Assembly: GCA_027016315.1 (NCBI GenBank) | Contig: JALWAP010000283.1 | Location: 1 to 53,838 of the forward strand | Reading direction: 5' to 3' | Source: Anaerolineae bacterium | GTDB taxonomy: Bacteria; Chloroflexota; Anaerolineae; S016-19 | Length of the DNA stretch: 53,838 bases | Notes under the pieces: generated by a model | Database searches by the model: none | The model's input: the letters and a program-made list of their open reading frames with translations, nothing else | Told to the model about the DNA's origin: nothing | Position numbers and translations under genes: made by a program | Shown here: positions 1 through 8,984 of the stretch, in pieces | How the letters are laid out: the number at the start of each line of letters is the position of its first letter | Numbering within the stretch: the first letter of the stretch is position 1

Positions 1-590
1 TCAGAAGATTGTACCCGGACATTCCACTCATGGTAGACGCAAACGCCGCCTACACTCCGGAAGACATGGAACACCTCAAAAAGCTGGACGAATTCGGCCT
101 GATGATGATCGAACAGCCCCTGAGCTACGAAGACCTGACCTATCATGCGCGGCTTCAGCGTGAAATCCAGACCCCAATCTGTCTGGACGAAAGCCTGAGC
201 AGTGCCGAGATGGCAAGGCAGGCGCTGGAGCTGGGTAGTTGCCGGGTCATCAATATCAAAGCAGCACGCATGGGGGGACCAAGCCAGGGAATAGCGGTAC
301 ATGACCTGGCATTCATGAAAGGCGTGCCGGTCTGGTGCGGAGGCCTCAACGAAACTGGAATCGGGAGGCTCCACAATGTGGCGCTCTCCACCCTGCCGAA
401 CTTCAAACTCCCCGGCGACGTTTCGGCAAGCCGGAAGTACTACCACCCAGACTTGATCGAGCCGGAGGTGGAAATGGGACCGGACGGGACAATCAAAGCC
501 CCGTCGGAGCCAGGGCTTGGCGCAAGAGTCAGGGAAGACGTGCTGGAAATGCGCCGAGTCCGGAAATGGGATTCTAAAAACGAAGATTGA
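1..590 (+). CDS. Enolase-superfamily enzyme (o-succinylbenzoate synthase / N-acylamino-acid racemase-like), C-terminal part; 5' end lies outside the window
   Basis: The ORF is open to the window edge (track 9..590). The motifs MVDANAAY, IEQPL, CLDES and INIKAARMGG are typical of the MLE/OSBS branch of the enolase superfamily. Confidence 0.8.
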   Translation, partial: RRLYPDIPLMVDANAAYTPEDMEHLKKLDEFGLMMIEQPLSYEDLTYHARLQREIQTPICLDESLSSAEMARQALELGSCRVINIKAARMGGPSQGIAVHDLAFMKGVPVWCGGLNETGIGRLHNVALSTLPNFKLPGDVSASRKYYHPDLIEPEVEMGPDGTIKAPSEPGLGARVREDVLEMRRVRKWDSKNED

Positions 591-636
591 GGGCTTCGGC
601 AAAGCCACGGTAAGGCAATCAAATAGCCTGGCAAAG

Positions 637-832
637 TTCTTGAGCAATCTACTAAGAAAACACTCGTGGGGGCGTTATGTCAACGCAAAGCCGCGAAGAC
701 TCCCAAGGCGCAAAGACCTCTCGAAATTTTTGCGCCTTACGTAGCTTTTGCGTCTTGGCATTCCTTTCAGTCTATCCCGACAGGTTTTCTTCCAGTTTGA
801 GCAGCGCCAACCGCTGTGCACTTACTCATGAG
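637..832 (+). repeat. Dispersed structured intergenic repeat, copy A (GCAAAG/CTTTGC nested hairpin plus conserved tail)
   Basis: About 85-90% identical by eye to 52299..52491 and about 80% to 50176..50356. Nested stems: ACGCAAAGCCGC...GC.GCTTTTGCGT and GGCGCAAA...TTTGCGCC. The reading frame is not preserved between copies. Confidence 0.85.
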
Positions 833-1038
833 CAACCGCTCATCTGGACGTTCCCCGGGAGCAGCTTTCCACCTGCACAAGCTGCCAGAAAAACCCCACA
901 GTCCTCGCCCGCTCTGACAGACTTCTACCGTTCATTCTGCCTGCTACAAGTAGTCTTTGCAACGGAGCAGCTTTCCTTAACCAGATGCTCGAAACCAACC
1001 CGAATCAAAAGAGACCACCTGAGTACCATTCACAAGAT

Positions 1039-1066
1039 TTGACAATCCGAAAAGAACGCTTATAAT
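1039..1066 (+). promoter_or_regulatory. Sigma70-type promoter, TTGACA-N16-TATAAT
   Basis: Exact consensus hexamers at 1039-1044 and 1061-1066, about 55 nt upstream of the Rrf2 gene ATG. Confidence 0.6.
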
Positions 1067-1119
1067 AGTAAGTGCGTATCATTAAAAGGCCGTACAAATA
1101 CTTCCTGGAGCGTTCCGAC

Positions 1120-1584
1120 ATGATAGGCATAAACAGACAGACCGACTACGCAGCACGCTTGATACTGTACCTTGCCTCGAAAGAGCCGGAAGAACGTGCT
1201 ACTGCTCAGAGCATCGCCAAGTACGAGCTGATACCGCCTGCCTTCGTCAGGCGAATCGTCACCAGACTGAGCAACGCCGGCCTCTTGAAGACTACAAAAG
1301 GCCGGACGGGTGGCATAGAGCTGGCCCGACCGGCATCAAAAATCAGCCTGCTGGACGTCATCGAGGCGATAGAAGGGCCGCTGGTGCTGAACGAGTGCAC
1401 CGAAAACCCTGAGATCTGTCCGTTTTCCGATTTCTGCCCGGTGCACAAAGCGTTCGAGGAAGCAAGAGCTTCCCTGGAAGCACAGCTCAGATCATATACC
1501 TTCGATAAACTCGCGGAAGACGAAAAAGCTGCGCTGGAACTCTTGGCGCACAAACCTCCCGCAGAGGTATCGAACGCGGTTTGA
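1120..1584 (+). CDS. Rrf2-family (IscR/NsrR-like) transcriptional regulator with a three-Cys cluster
   Basis: MIGINRQTDYAARLILYLA... wHTH region. The C..(7)..C..(5)..C motif (NECTENPEICPFSDFCP) resembles an Fe-S ligand set. GGAG lies 9 nt before ATG 1120. The upstream GTG 1072 given in the track is less likely. Confidence 0.85.
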   Translation: MIGINRQTDYAARLILYLASKEPEERATAQSIAKYELIPPAFVRRIVTRLSNAGLLKTTKGRTGGIELARPASKISLLDVIEAIEGPLVLNECTENPEICPFSDFCPVHKAFEEARASLEAQLRSYTFDKLAEDEKAALELLAHKPPAEVSNAV

Positions 1585-1787
1585 AATAAGCCGCCGTTTC
1601 GTCCTTTGCTTTTTGTCCGGATTTCCATGAATCTTTCAATCGAGAAAGGAGGTGATGAAGCCCAATATAAGTAGAAGAGAAGATTTCTCGTTCGTATGAT
1701 TGTGTTGGTCTTAAGCGCATTCTGTTTTTCGGTAACATCCCTGGGAAATCGCTCAAGTCATCAACTGACTGAAGGAGGGAATCGACT

Positions 1788-3149
1788 ATGGGTGCAGTAG
1801 GTTTGGCAAGATGGCAGTTTGCCATCACGACAGTCTACCATTTCTTCTTCGTGCCTCTTACTCTGGGACTTTCCATCTTCGTGGCGCTCCTGGAATCCAA
1901 ATACGTTTCCAGCGGCGATGAAACCTACAAACGAATGGCAAAGTTCTGGGGCACGCTCTTCTTGATCAACTTTGCCATGGGCGTCGCCACAGGCCTGGTG
2001 CAGGAATTCCAATTCGGGCTTAACTGGTCCGGATACTCCAGGTTCATGGGCGACATCTTCGGCGCACCGCTGGCGATCGAAGCCTTACTGGCGTTCTACA
2101 TGGAGTCCACTTTCCTTGGAGTCTGGGTCTTTGGATGGGACAAACTCTCCAAGAAACTCCATGCGGCGATGATCTGGCTTGTAGCCATCGGTTCCAACCT
2201 CTCGGCGATCTGGATTCTCGTCGCCAATTCATTCATGCAGCATCCGCTTGGCTACAAGCTCGAGAACGGGAAAGCCATCATGACGAACTTCGTGAAAGTA
2301 GCCACCAACCCCAACGTTCTCTTCCAGTGGCCGCATGTGTTTTTCTCCGGCATGACCACAGCAGGGTTCTTCGTGTTGGCGTTCACGGCTTACCACATGC
2401 TTAGGGGAAGCAAGGACAAGAAATTCTTCGATCTGTCCTTCAAGTGGGCTTCCATCTACGGGCTGATCGGGATCATCATGGTGATCGCTGTCGGGCACTT
2501 CCAGGGGCAGTTCCTGGTTCGGCATCAGCCCACCAAGATGGCCGCCGCAGAAGCCATCTGGGAGACCGAGAAACCCGCATCGTTCTCGCTTTTCGCTACC
2601 ATAGATCAGTCCCATCAAAGAAATCCGGTGGACATCAAGATCCCGTACCTTCTGAGCTTCCTTTCGTACAACAATTTCAGCGGCAAGGTCGTGGGTCTGA
2701 AGGATCTCCAGAAAGAATTCGAGCAGAAATACGGTCCCGGAAACTACGTGCCGCCTGTAGCAATCACCTATTGGAGCTTCAGGCTCATGGTGGGCGCAGG
2801 GCTCCTGATGCTGCTGTTCGCACTCTACGCGGTGGCATTGATCGGGAAGAAAAAGCCTTCCTGGTTCTTGAAAGTGCTCGAGTGGTCGGTATTTCTGGCG
2901 TACCTCGCCACAAGCACCGGCTGGATTATGGCTGAGGTCGGTCGCCAGCCCTGGATCGTCTACGGATTGCTGAAAGTGAAGGATGCAGTCTCGCCAAACG
3001 TGCCCGCGTGGAACGTGGCGTTCTCGCTGATCGCTTTCGGCGTGCTATACGGCCTGTTGATGATCGCGGACGTGTATCTGCTGCTCAAGTATGGGCACGA
3101 GGAGCCTGCCGAAGTAGCCGGCGAGACCTCTGCTGCCATGGCTTATTGA
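1788..3149 (+). CDS. cydA: Cytochrome bd ubiquinol/menaquinol oxidase subunit I
   Basis: 453 aa, polytopic. The N-terminus ARWQFAITTVYHFFFVPLTLG and the motif GRQPWIVYGLLKV are characteristic of CydA. Strong RBS GAAGGAGGG. Confidence 0.95.
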   Translation: MGAVGLARWQFAITTVYHFFFVPLTLGLSIFVALLESKYVSSGDETYKRMAKFWGTLFLINFAMGVATGLVQEFQFGLNWSGYSRFMGDIFGAPLAIEALLAFYMESTFLGVWVFGWDKLSKKLHAAMIWLVAIGSNLSAIWILVANSFMQHPLGYKLENGKAIMTNFVKVATNPNVLFQWPHVFFSGMTTAGFFVLAFTAYHMLRGSKDKKFFDLSFKWASIYGLIGIIMVIAVGHFQGQFLVRHQPTKMAAAEAIWETEKPASFSLFATIDQSHQRNPVDIKIPYLLSFLSYNNFSGKVVGLKDLQKEFEQKYGPGNYVPPVAITYWSFRLMVGAGLLMLLFALYAVALIGKKKPSWFLKVLEWSVFLAYLATSTGWIMAEVGRQPWIVYGLLKVKDAVSPNVPAWNVAFSLIAFGVLYGLLMIADVYLLLKYGHEEPAEVAGETSAAMAY

Positions 3150-3160
3150 GGAGGTAAACG

Positions 3161-4177
3161 ATGAGTCTCAACACTCTTTGGTTCATACTCGTAACTGTGC
3201 TGTTCATCGGGTTCTTCTTCCTGGAAGGATTCGATTATGGCGTCGGTATGTTGCTCGGGTTCTTGGGCAAAGATGATGCCGAAAGGCGCGTGATCATCAA
3301 CACCATCGGCCCAGTCTGGGACGGGAACGAAGTCTGGCTCATCACCGCTGGCGGCGCTTCCTTCGCGGCATTCCCGCAGTTCTACGCGACCCTCTTCAGC
3401 GGGTTCTATCTCGCCCTGGTGTTGATGCTGCTCGCCTTGATCCTGCGCGGCGTCTCCTTCGAATTCCGAAGCAAGGTGGAAAGCCCTGGCTGGCGCAAGC
3501 TCTGGGACTGGGTGATCGTGGTCACCGGGTTCCTCCTGGCGCTGCTCTGGGGCGTGGCGGTCGGCAACCTGATCAAGGGCGTGGCGATCAAAGAGGACAT
3601 GAACTATTACGGCGGCCTGCTGCCCTTGCTGAACCCGTTTGCGCTGCTGGCCGGGCTGGTGTTCGTGTTCCTGTTCGCCATGCACGGAGCCAACTTCCTC
3701 ACCTTGAAGACCGCTGATCCAATCATGAGCAGGGCAAAGAATGCGGCGAAGGCGCTTTGGTTCCCGACCGTGATTCTGACCGTCGCTCTCGTGATATGGG
3801 CTTTCGTCGGCACGGACCTGTTCAAAGGTCCCGCTGCCTGGCTCGCGCTTCTCTCGGCAGCCATCGCAGCGGTCGCCCTGCTCCTGGTGTATTACTTCAT
3901 CATCAAGGACAAACCAGGCTGGGCGTTCGTCATGGGCTCGCTCACCATCGTCTTTGCAACGATCATGGTCTTCGCAGGCAACTATCCGTACCTGCTGAAG
4001 TCCACGCTCAACCCCAAGTGGAGCCTGACGATCTACAACGCATCGTCCAGCCCATACACGCTGAAAGTCATGACGATCGTAGCGTTCCTGCTGGTACCGT
4101 TCGTCCTGGTGTATCAGGCCTGGACGTACTACACCTTCAGGCAGAGGCTCAGCAAGGATACCCACCTGGAGTACTGA
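3161..4177 (+). CDS. cydB: Cytochrome bd oxidase subunit II
   Basis: 338 aa, polytopic, with a FFLEGFDYGVGML N-terminus. Starts 12 nt after cydA, preceded by RBS GAGGAGG. Confidence 0.95.
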   Translation: MSLNTLWFILVTVLFIGFFFLEGFDYGVGMLLGFLGKDDAERRVIINTIGPVWDGNEVWLITAGGASFAAFPQFYATLFSGFYLALVLMLLALILRGVSFEFRSKVESPGWRKLWDWVIVVTGFLLALLWGVAVGNLIKGVAIKEDMNYYGGLLPLLNPFALLAGLVFVFLFAMHGANFLTLKTADPIMSRAKNAAKALWFPTVILTVALVIWAFVGTDLFKGPAAWLALLSAAIAAVALLLVYYFIIKDKPGWAFVMGSLTIVFATIMVFAGNYPYLLKSTLNPKWSLTIYNASSSPYTLKVMTIVAFLLVPFVLVYQAWTYYTFRQRLSKDTHLEY

Positions 4178-4212
4178 GTCTGTTGCAGCATCGATCGTCA
4201 TCGGTTAGAATG

Positions 4213-4241
4213 AAAAGGGAAGGCTTCTCGCCTTCCCTTTT
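4213..4241 (+). terminator. Intrinsic terminator-like hairpin between cydB and cydD
   Basis: GGGAAGGC-TTCTC-GCCTTCCC followed by TTTT. Confidence 0.6.
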
Positions 4242-4277
4242 CGTCGTAGAGGAAGAGCCTAGCATTCGGACAACGGA

Positions 4278-6011
4278 ATGAACTTAGACAAAAGACTGCT
4301 TCGGGAAGCATCACGGGTTCGGTTGGAATTTACCATGACCGTGTCGCTGGGGTTCCTCGGCGGCATACTGACCGTGCTCCAGGCCCGGTATTTCGCAAAG
4401 CTCGTCAACGGCGCTTTCCTGGGAAAGTTACCGCTTAGCGCTCTCTGGGGAACGGTAGAGCTGATCATCGGTGTGATACTGCTCCGATCGATCGTCCTGT
4501 GGGCGAGCGAGGTTTCTGCCGCAAGGATGGCCGGAGTCGTCAAACAAGAACTCAGGGACAGGTTGTTCTCTCACATCCTGAAGCTCGGACCTGCTTACGC
4601 TCACAGTGAACGAACCGGCGAGCTGACCAACACCGCTGTAGAAGGAATCGAGGCGTTGGACGCGTATTTCAGCCAGTACATCCCCCAGCTTGCCCTGGCG
4701 GCGCTGATTCCGCTGACGATATTCATCTTCGTGCTGACCCGGGATCGCCTATCCGCGTTCGTGCTGCTCGTCACCGCCCCTATGATCCCGATCTTCATGA
4801 TGCTGATCGGAAGCATAGCCGACTGGCTCACGCGCAAGCAATGGAACACGTTGAGCCGCATGAGCGCGCATTTCCTGGACGTCCTACAAGGCCTCACCAC
4901 GCTGAAAATATTGGGCAGGAGCAAAGAGCAAACGCGCGTAATCGCCGAAATAAGCGACAAGTTCCGCCGGACCACTTTGGGCGTGCTCAGGGTGGCGTTC
5001 CTGTCGGCGCTGGTCCTGGAACTCGTTGCGACGATAAGCACGGCAATCGCCGCTGTGGAAATCGGGCTGCGGTTGCTGTACGGGCACATGGAATTCGAAC
5101 AGGCTTTCTTCGTGCTGCTGCTGGCCCCGGAGTTCTACCTGCCGCTGAGGCTCCTCGGAACAAGATTCCACGCGGGGATGTCAGGTGTGGCCGCCGCCAG
5201 GAGGATTTTCGAGGTGCTCGAGACGCCCGTGCCGGAGCCGCCAGCTACGGTTCTGCCGCATGTCCCTGCCGATCTCAGGTTCGACGTAAGCTTCACGAAC
5301 GTGCATTACGCCTACGAAGACGGCAAACGGCCCGCCCTAAAAGGCGTCTCGTTCGAGATCCTCGAGGGGAGCAAAACAGCGCTGGTCGGGCCCAGTGGCG
5401 CTGGGAAGAGCACCGTAGCGAGCCTGCTTCTGAGGTTCATATCGCCGGACGAAGGCGAGATACTCGTCGGTGGCATCCCGCTGAGAAACCTTCCGGTGGA
5501 AGGATGGCGGGAAAAAGTTGCGTGGGTTCCGCAAAACCCCTACCTTTTCCACGGCACGGTGGCAGACAACATCAGGCTCGCCAGGCCAAACGCAACCGAG
5601 GATGAGGTGAAGCGAGCAGCGGCCCTGGCACACGTGAGCGAGTTCATCCCCGAATTGCCGCAAGGCTACGACACCATCGTGGGTGAAAGGGGAGCAAGAT
5701 TGAGCGGAGGTCAGGCGCAGCGGATCGCGCTCGCAAGAGCGTTCCTCAAAGACGCACCATTCCTGATCCTGGACGAAGCCACGTCTAACCTCGATCCCGA
5801 AAACGAGGCCCTGATAGAGGAAGCAACGAAGCGACTGATGGAAGGTAGAACGGTGCTGATCATCGCCCACAGGCTGAGCACCGTGATGGACGCCGACAGA
5901 ATCGTCGTCCTTTCCGGCGGCAAGGTGCGGGAGATCGGAACGCACGAGGATCTGCTGTCGCACGGTGGAATCTACGCCCGCATGGTGACTCTCTACGGAG
6001 GTGCCGCATGA
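4278..6011 (+). CDS. cydD: ABC transporter (fused permease/ATPase) for cytochrome bd assembly, thiol-reductant exporter
   Basis: 577 aa with a six-TM domain and an ABC domain: Walker A GPSGAGKST, signature LSGGQAQR, Walker B FLILDEA. Sits directly after cydAB. Confidence 0.9.
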   Translation: MNLDKRLLREASRVRLEFTMTVSLGFLGGILTVLQARYFAKLVNGAFLGKLPLSALWGTVELIIGVILLRSIVLWASEVSAARMAGVVKQELRDRLFSHILKLGPAYAHSERTGELTNTAVEGIEALDAYFSQYIPQLALAALIPLTIFIFVLTRDRLSAFVLLVTAPMIPIFMMLIGSIADWLTRKQWNTLSRMSAHFLDVLQGLTTLKILGRSKEQTRVIAEISDKFRRTTLGVLRVAFLSALVLELVATISTAIAAVEIGLRLLYGHMEFEQAFFVLLLAPEFYLPLRLLGTRFHAGMSGVAAARRIFEVLETPVPEPPATVLPHVPADLRFDVSFTNVHYAYEDGKRPALKGVSFEILEGSKTALVGPSGAGKSTVASLLLRFISPDEGEILVGGIPLRNLPVEGWREKVAWVPQNPYLFHGTVADNIRLARPNATEDEVKRAAALAHVSEFIPELPQGYDTIVGERGARLSGGQAQRIALARAFLKDAPFLILDEATSNLDPENEALIEEATKRLMEGRTVLIIAHRLSTVMDADRIVVLSGGKVREIGTHEDLLSHGGIYARMVTLYGGAA

Positions 6012-7762
6012 AGAAACGTACGCTCTGGCGGCTGCTCCGGCTGGCCTCGCCTTACCGATGGTGGATGGCGCTTTCCGCGCTGCTTGGGTTCGCCACGGTT
6101 GGCAGCAGCATCGGATTGATGTCCACATCCGCTTTCATCATAGCCAAAGCAGCCCTACACCCGAACATCGGCGACCTCCAGGTCGCCATCGTGGGGGTGC
6201 GGTTCTTCGGAATTTCGAGGGGCGTGTTCAGGTACGCCGAACGGCTGGTATCTCACAACACGACTTTCAAGCTCCTGGCCCGGCTGCGCGTCTGGTTCTA
6301 CGAGGCGCTGGAACCGCTGGCACCAGCCCGGCTGATGGAGTACAGAAGCGGTGACCTGCTGTCACGCATCGTCGGCGACATCGAAACGCTGGAAAATTTC
6401 TTCGTGAGGGTGATTGCACCTCCGGCCGTGGCGCTGATCACCACGGTGGTGATCTGGTTCTTCCTTGCCATGTTCGGCAAGAACGTGGCGAATACGCTCG
6501 TGCTGTTCCTGGCGCTGTCCGGGCTCGGAATACCGATCCTCGCAAGGATTCTCGGCCGGGAAGCGGGGAAAAAGCTGATCACGGAAAGAGCGAAGCTGAA
6601 CACGGGAATCGTCGATGGAATCCAGGGGCTGGCAGACCTGCTGGCATACGGCCGCGCCGGCGAGCAACGACAGCTCGTCAGAGAAAGCAGCAAAAGGCTG
6701 ATCGCGGCTCAGCAGAAAATGGCGTTCGTAACGGCGCTCCAGGACGGCATGGGCGTTCTGCTGGCCGGATTGGGAATGCTTGCGGTCTCCGTGGTGGCGA
6801 TACCTCTGGTCTCGTCCGGAAGCATCACCGGGGTAGATCTGGCGGTGATCGCCCTGGCGGCGCTTTCCAGCTTCGAAGCGGTCCAGCCGCTTCCACTGGC
6901 CGCGCAATACCTGGAGAACAATATCGAAGCTGCAAGGCGGCTGTTCGAGGTCGTCGACGAAAAGCCGGAGGTGGTCGATCCACCGAACCCGCTTCCCCTT
7001 CCGGAAAAGCACGACATCTCCGTTTCCGGCCTGCGGTTCGGATATCCAAACGCAAACAGGCTGGCGCTGGACGGCGTCGACTTCCATGTCCGGGATGGAG
7101 GCAGGCTAGCGGTGGTAGGGCCGAGCGGTGCAGGAAAGTCAACGCTGGTGCACCTGCTGCTTCGGTTCTGGGAATTTCACGAAGGCCGGATAGAGATCGG
7201 CGGCGGAGACATCCGATCCTACCGCCAGGACGACGTGAGGAAGATGATCGGCGTGGTCTCTCAGAACACTTACCTCTTCAACGCTACCGTGCGGGAAAAC
7301 CTTCTGCTCGCCAGGCCGAACGCGTCCGAGGAAGAAATCTTCGAGGCGGCGAGACGAGCTCAGATCCACGATTTCATCCTTTCCCTGCCGAAGGGATATG
7401 ACACATGGATCGGCGAGCAAGGGGTTGGGCTGAGCGGCGGCGAGCGCCAGCGGCTCGCTATCGCCAGGGCATTGCTCAAAGACGCACCGATCCTCATCCT
7501 GGACGAAGCTACCGCCAACCTGGACGCCGTAACCGAGCGAAAGGTGCTGGATGCCATCCGGGAACTCATGGAGGGCAGGACGACTTTGATGATAACCCAC
7601 CGGCTCGTGGGCATGGAGTCGATGGACGAAATCATCGTGCTAAGCCACGGCAAGGTGGCGGAGCGGGGAACGCACAAGGAGTTGCTCAGGTCGGGCGGGC
7701 TCTATCGGCGGATGTGGGAACTTCAGAACCAGGTCCTGCCTGCGGAGATTTCCCCGGGGTGA
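6008..7762 (+). CDS. cydC: ABC transporter (fused permease/ATPase), CydC partner
   Basis: 584 aa. Its start overlaps the cydD stop by 4 nt. Walker A GPSGAGKST, signature LSGGERQR, Walker B ILILDEA. Confidence 0.9.
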   Translation: MKKRTLWRLLRLASPYRWWMALSALLGFATVGSSIGLMSTSAFIIAKAALHPNIGDLQVAIVGVRFFGISRGVFRYAERLVSHNTTFKLLARLRVWFYEALEPLAPARLMEYRSGDLLSRIVGDIETLENFFVRVIAPPAVALITTVVIWFFLAMFGKNVANTLVLFLALSGLGIPILARILGREAGKKLITERAKLNTGIVDGIQGLADLLAYGRAGEQRQLVRESSKRLIAAQQKMAFVTALQDGMGVLLAGLGMLAVSVVAIPLVSSGSITGVDLAVIALAALSSFEAVQPLPLAAQYLENNIEAARRLFEVVDEKPEVVDPPNPLPLPEKHDISVSGLRFGYPNANRLALDGVDFHVRDGGRLAVVGPSGAGKSTLVHLLLRFWEFHEGRIEIGGGDIRSYRQDDVRKMIGVVSQNTYLFNATVRENLLLARPNASEEEIFEAARRAQIHDFILSLPKGYDTWIGEQGVGLSGGERQRLAIARALLKDAPILILDEATANLDAVTERKVLDAIRELMEGRTTLMITHRLVGMESMDEIIVLSHGKVAERGTHKELLRSGGLYRRMWELQNQVLPAEISPG

Positions 7763-7798
7763 TTGCTTCTGCGACGTTGGCTTTAGTTGCACAGCGCC

Positions 7799-8317
7799 TC
7801 AATCCAACCTGGCGTCGCAGATCTCCCTGTACGGGCAATGGGCGCACTTTGCGGGGTTGGAATGTTGCGGTAGCGGAGCCGCGGTCGTAGAAGCCTCTCT
7901 GATCTCCTCCAGCAGCCTAAGCAGATTGTCCCTGGACTTTTCGTCGTACTCGATCTCGAACTCCCGATCCTGATAGCGCAACACGCCGTAAGGCGGAGCG
8001 TGTCCCGAACTCTCCTCCACCAGCAAGCAGTACGCCAGAAGCTGGAACCGGTGGGCACGGTAAGGTTTCCTGGGAGCGCGTCGGCTCTTGATCTCCACCG
8101 GGATGAGCACCCCACCCCGCTGTATCAGGTAATCCGGCTTCCCAACGAGCATGTATCGTTCACTCACGATCGCCCCGTGCGGAGTCCCCATTCCCACGTC
8201 CTCGTATACGATCCGGCCGGCCGGAAGCCCGCTGCGTCGTCTTTGACCTGCGGAAACTCGCAGCAACGCAAGCCCCAGAGCGAAAATCGCCAAAGCGAGG
8301 ACTATCAGCAGAGACAT
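7799..8317 (-). CDS. Membrane-anchored PD-(D/E)XK nuclease core, Cas4/DUF83-like (lacks the N-terminal Cys motif)
   Basis: 172 aa counted from ATG 8317. N-terminal hydrophobic helix MSLLIVLALAIFALGLALL, then GKPDYL, PVEIKS (ExK), FQLLAY (QhxxY) and C-terminal CAHCPYREIC (CX2CX5C). GGGAGGTGA (stop plus SD) lies immediately upstream. Confidence 0.8.
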   Translation of the reverse strand: MSLLIVLALAIFALGLALLRVSAGQRRRSGLPAGRIVYEDVGMGTPHGAIVSERYMLVGKPDYLIQRGGVLIPVEIKSRRAPRKPYRAHRFQLLAYCLLVEESSGHAPPYGVLRYQDREFEIEYDEKSRDNLLRLLEEIREASTTAAPLPQHSNPAKCAHCPYREICDARLD

Positions 8318-8318
8318 T

Positions 8319-8984
8319 TCACCTCCCGCAGTTGCACGGCGTGATGAGGATAGCGGCTCCTTCCGGATTCCACTCCCTGAACCACCTGGCATCCCCGGGG
8401 GCGAGCCTTATGCAGCCGTGAGAAGCAGGCTCCCGGCCAAGCGACTCGGCACCCATGTACACTTTCTTGCCGTTCACCATGCGGTACGGAAGGCTGTGGA
8501 TGAGGAACGTTCCGCCGTGCCTCACGAAAAGCAGCCAGCCGTCGTCGGCGTAAGAGCCATCGACGCCCACGAACGTGCCGTAAAACTTCCCTATGCGGCC
8601 TTTCCAGAATGGGGTTTCACTCACGTGGGGGACTCCGGTGCTCACCGGCATTTCCCTCAAAATCTTCCTGCCGATCCCCACCAGCATCACCTGGCGGCTC
8701 TGGCACACCACCACCCACTTGCCGCTCATGTCGAGCCGGTACTCCTTGGCTTTCTCGAGGCACAACTGCATATCCTCGTCCCGGACGCCGTACGTGGGAG
8801 ATGGGAACGGGGTCGGCGTTGGAGCGCTCGTAGCCGTAGGCGCAGGAGACAAAACTTCGACGCTGACTGTCGGAAGCGGTGCAGGGGTACCAGTCGGCCC
8901 GCCCAAACGGCGACCGCCGGTGCAAGAGGTCAGCAACAGGAGGAGCAAGAGAGCGATCCAACCGACTCTGGACACGGACTTCAT
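8319..8984 (-). CDS. L,D-transpeptidase (YkuD domain) lipoprotein
   Basis: 221 aa counted from ATG 8984. Signal peptide with an LLLLLLTSC lipobox-like Cys, a Pro/Thr linker, and the catalytic motif SHGCIRL. Confidence 0.85.
   Translation of the reverse strand: MKSVSRVGWIALLLLLLLTSCTGGRRLGGPTGTPAPLPTVSVEVLSPAPTATSAPTPTPFPSPTYGVRDEDMQLCLEKAKEYRLDMSGKWVVVCQSRQVMLVGIGRKILREMPVSTGVPHVSETPFWKGRIGKFYGTFVGVDGSYADDGWLLFVRHGGTFLIHSLPYRMVNGKKVYMGAESLGREPASHGCIRLAPGDARWFREWNPEGAAILITPCNCGR

Noticed and set aside
677-1042. MSTQSR... ORFs inside the repeat copies (677..1042, the start of 50191.., and a 53-codon ORF at about 52335..52493), considered as a small multi-copy protein family
   Set aside because: Nucleotide identity is higher than amino-acid identity. 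Indels shift the frame between copies A and C after about codon 30. The sequence is dominated by palindromic stems. It is therefore treated as non-coding repeat.
1655-1699. 14-codon upstream ORF (MKPNISRREDFSFV) preceded by AAAGGAGGTG in the cydA leader; considered as a leader peptide or a CydX-like subunit
   Set aside because: The GGAGG core ends only 2 nt before the ATG, which is too close for normal initiation. The peptide is hydrophilic, unlike CydX/CydS, and nothing supports conservation. I left it unannotated.
3143-4201. 352-aa ORF antisense to cydB, plus similar long shadow ORFs at 28039..29916 (antisense to clpX), 50666..52153 (antisense to ruvB/GATase), 34677..36050 and 35968..37005 (antisense to metX/metY), and 18174..18977
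   Set aside because: Each lies fully inside a gene with unmistakable family motifs on the other strand. Their translations are Arg/Gly/Pro/His-rich low-complexity sequence typical of GC-rich antisense frames. None has an RBS.
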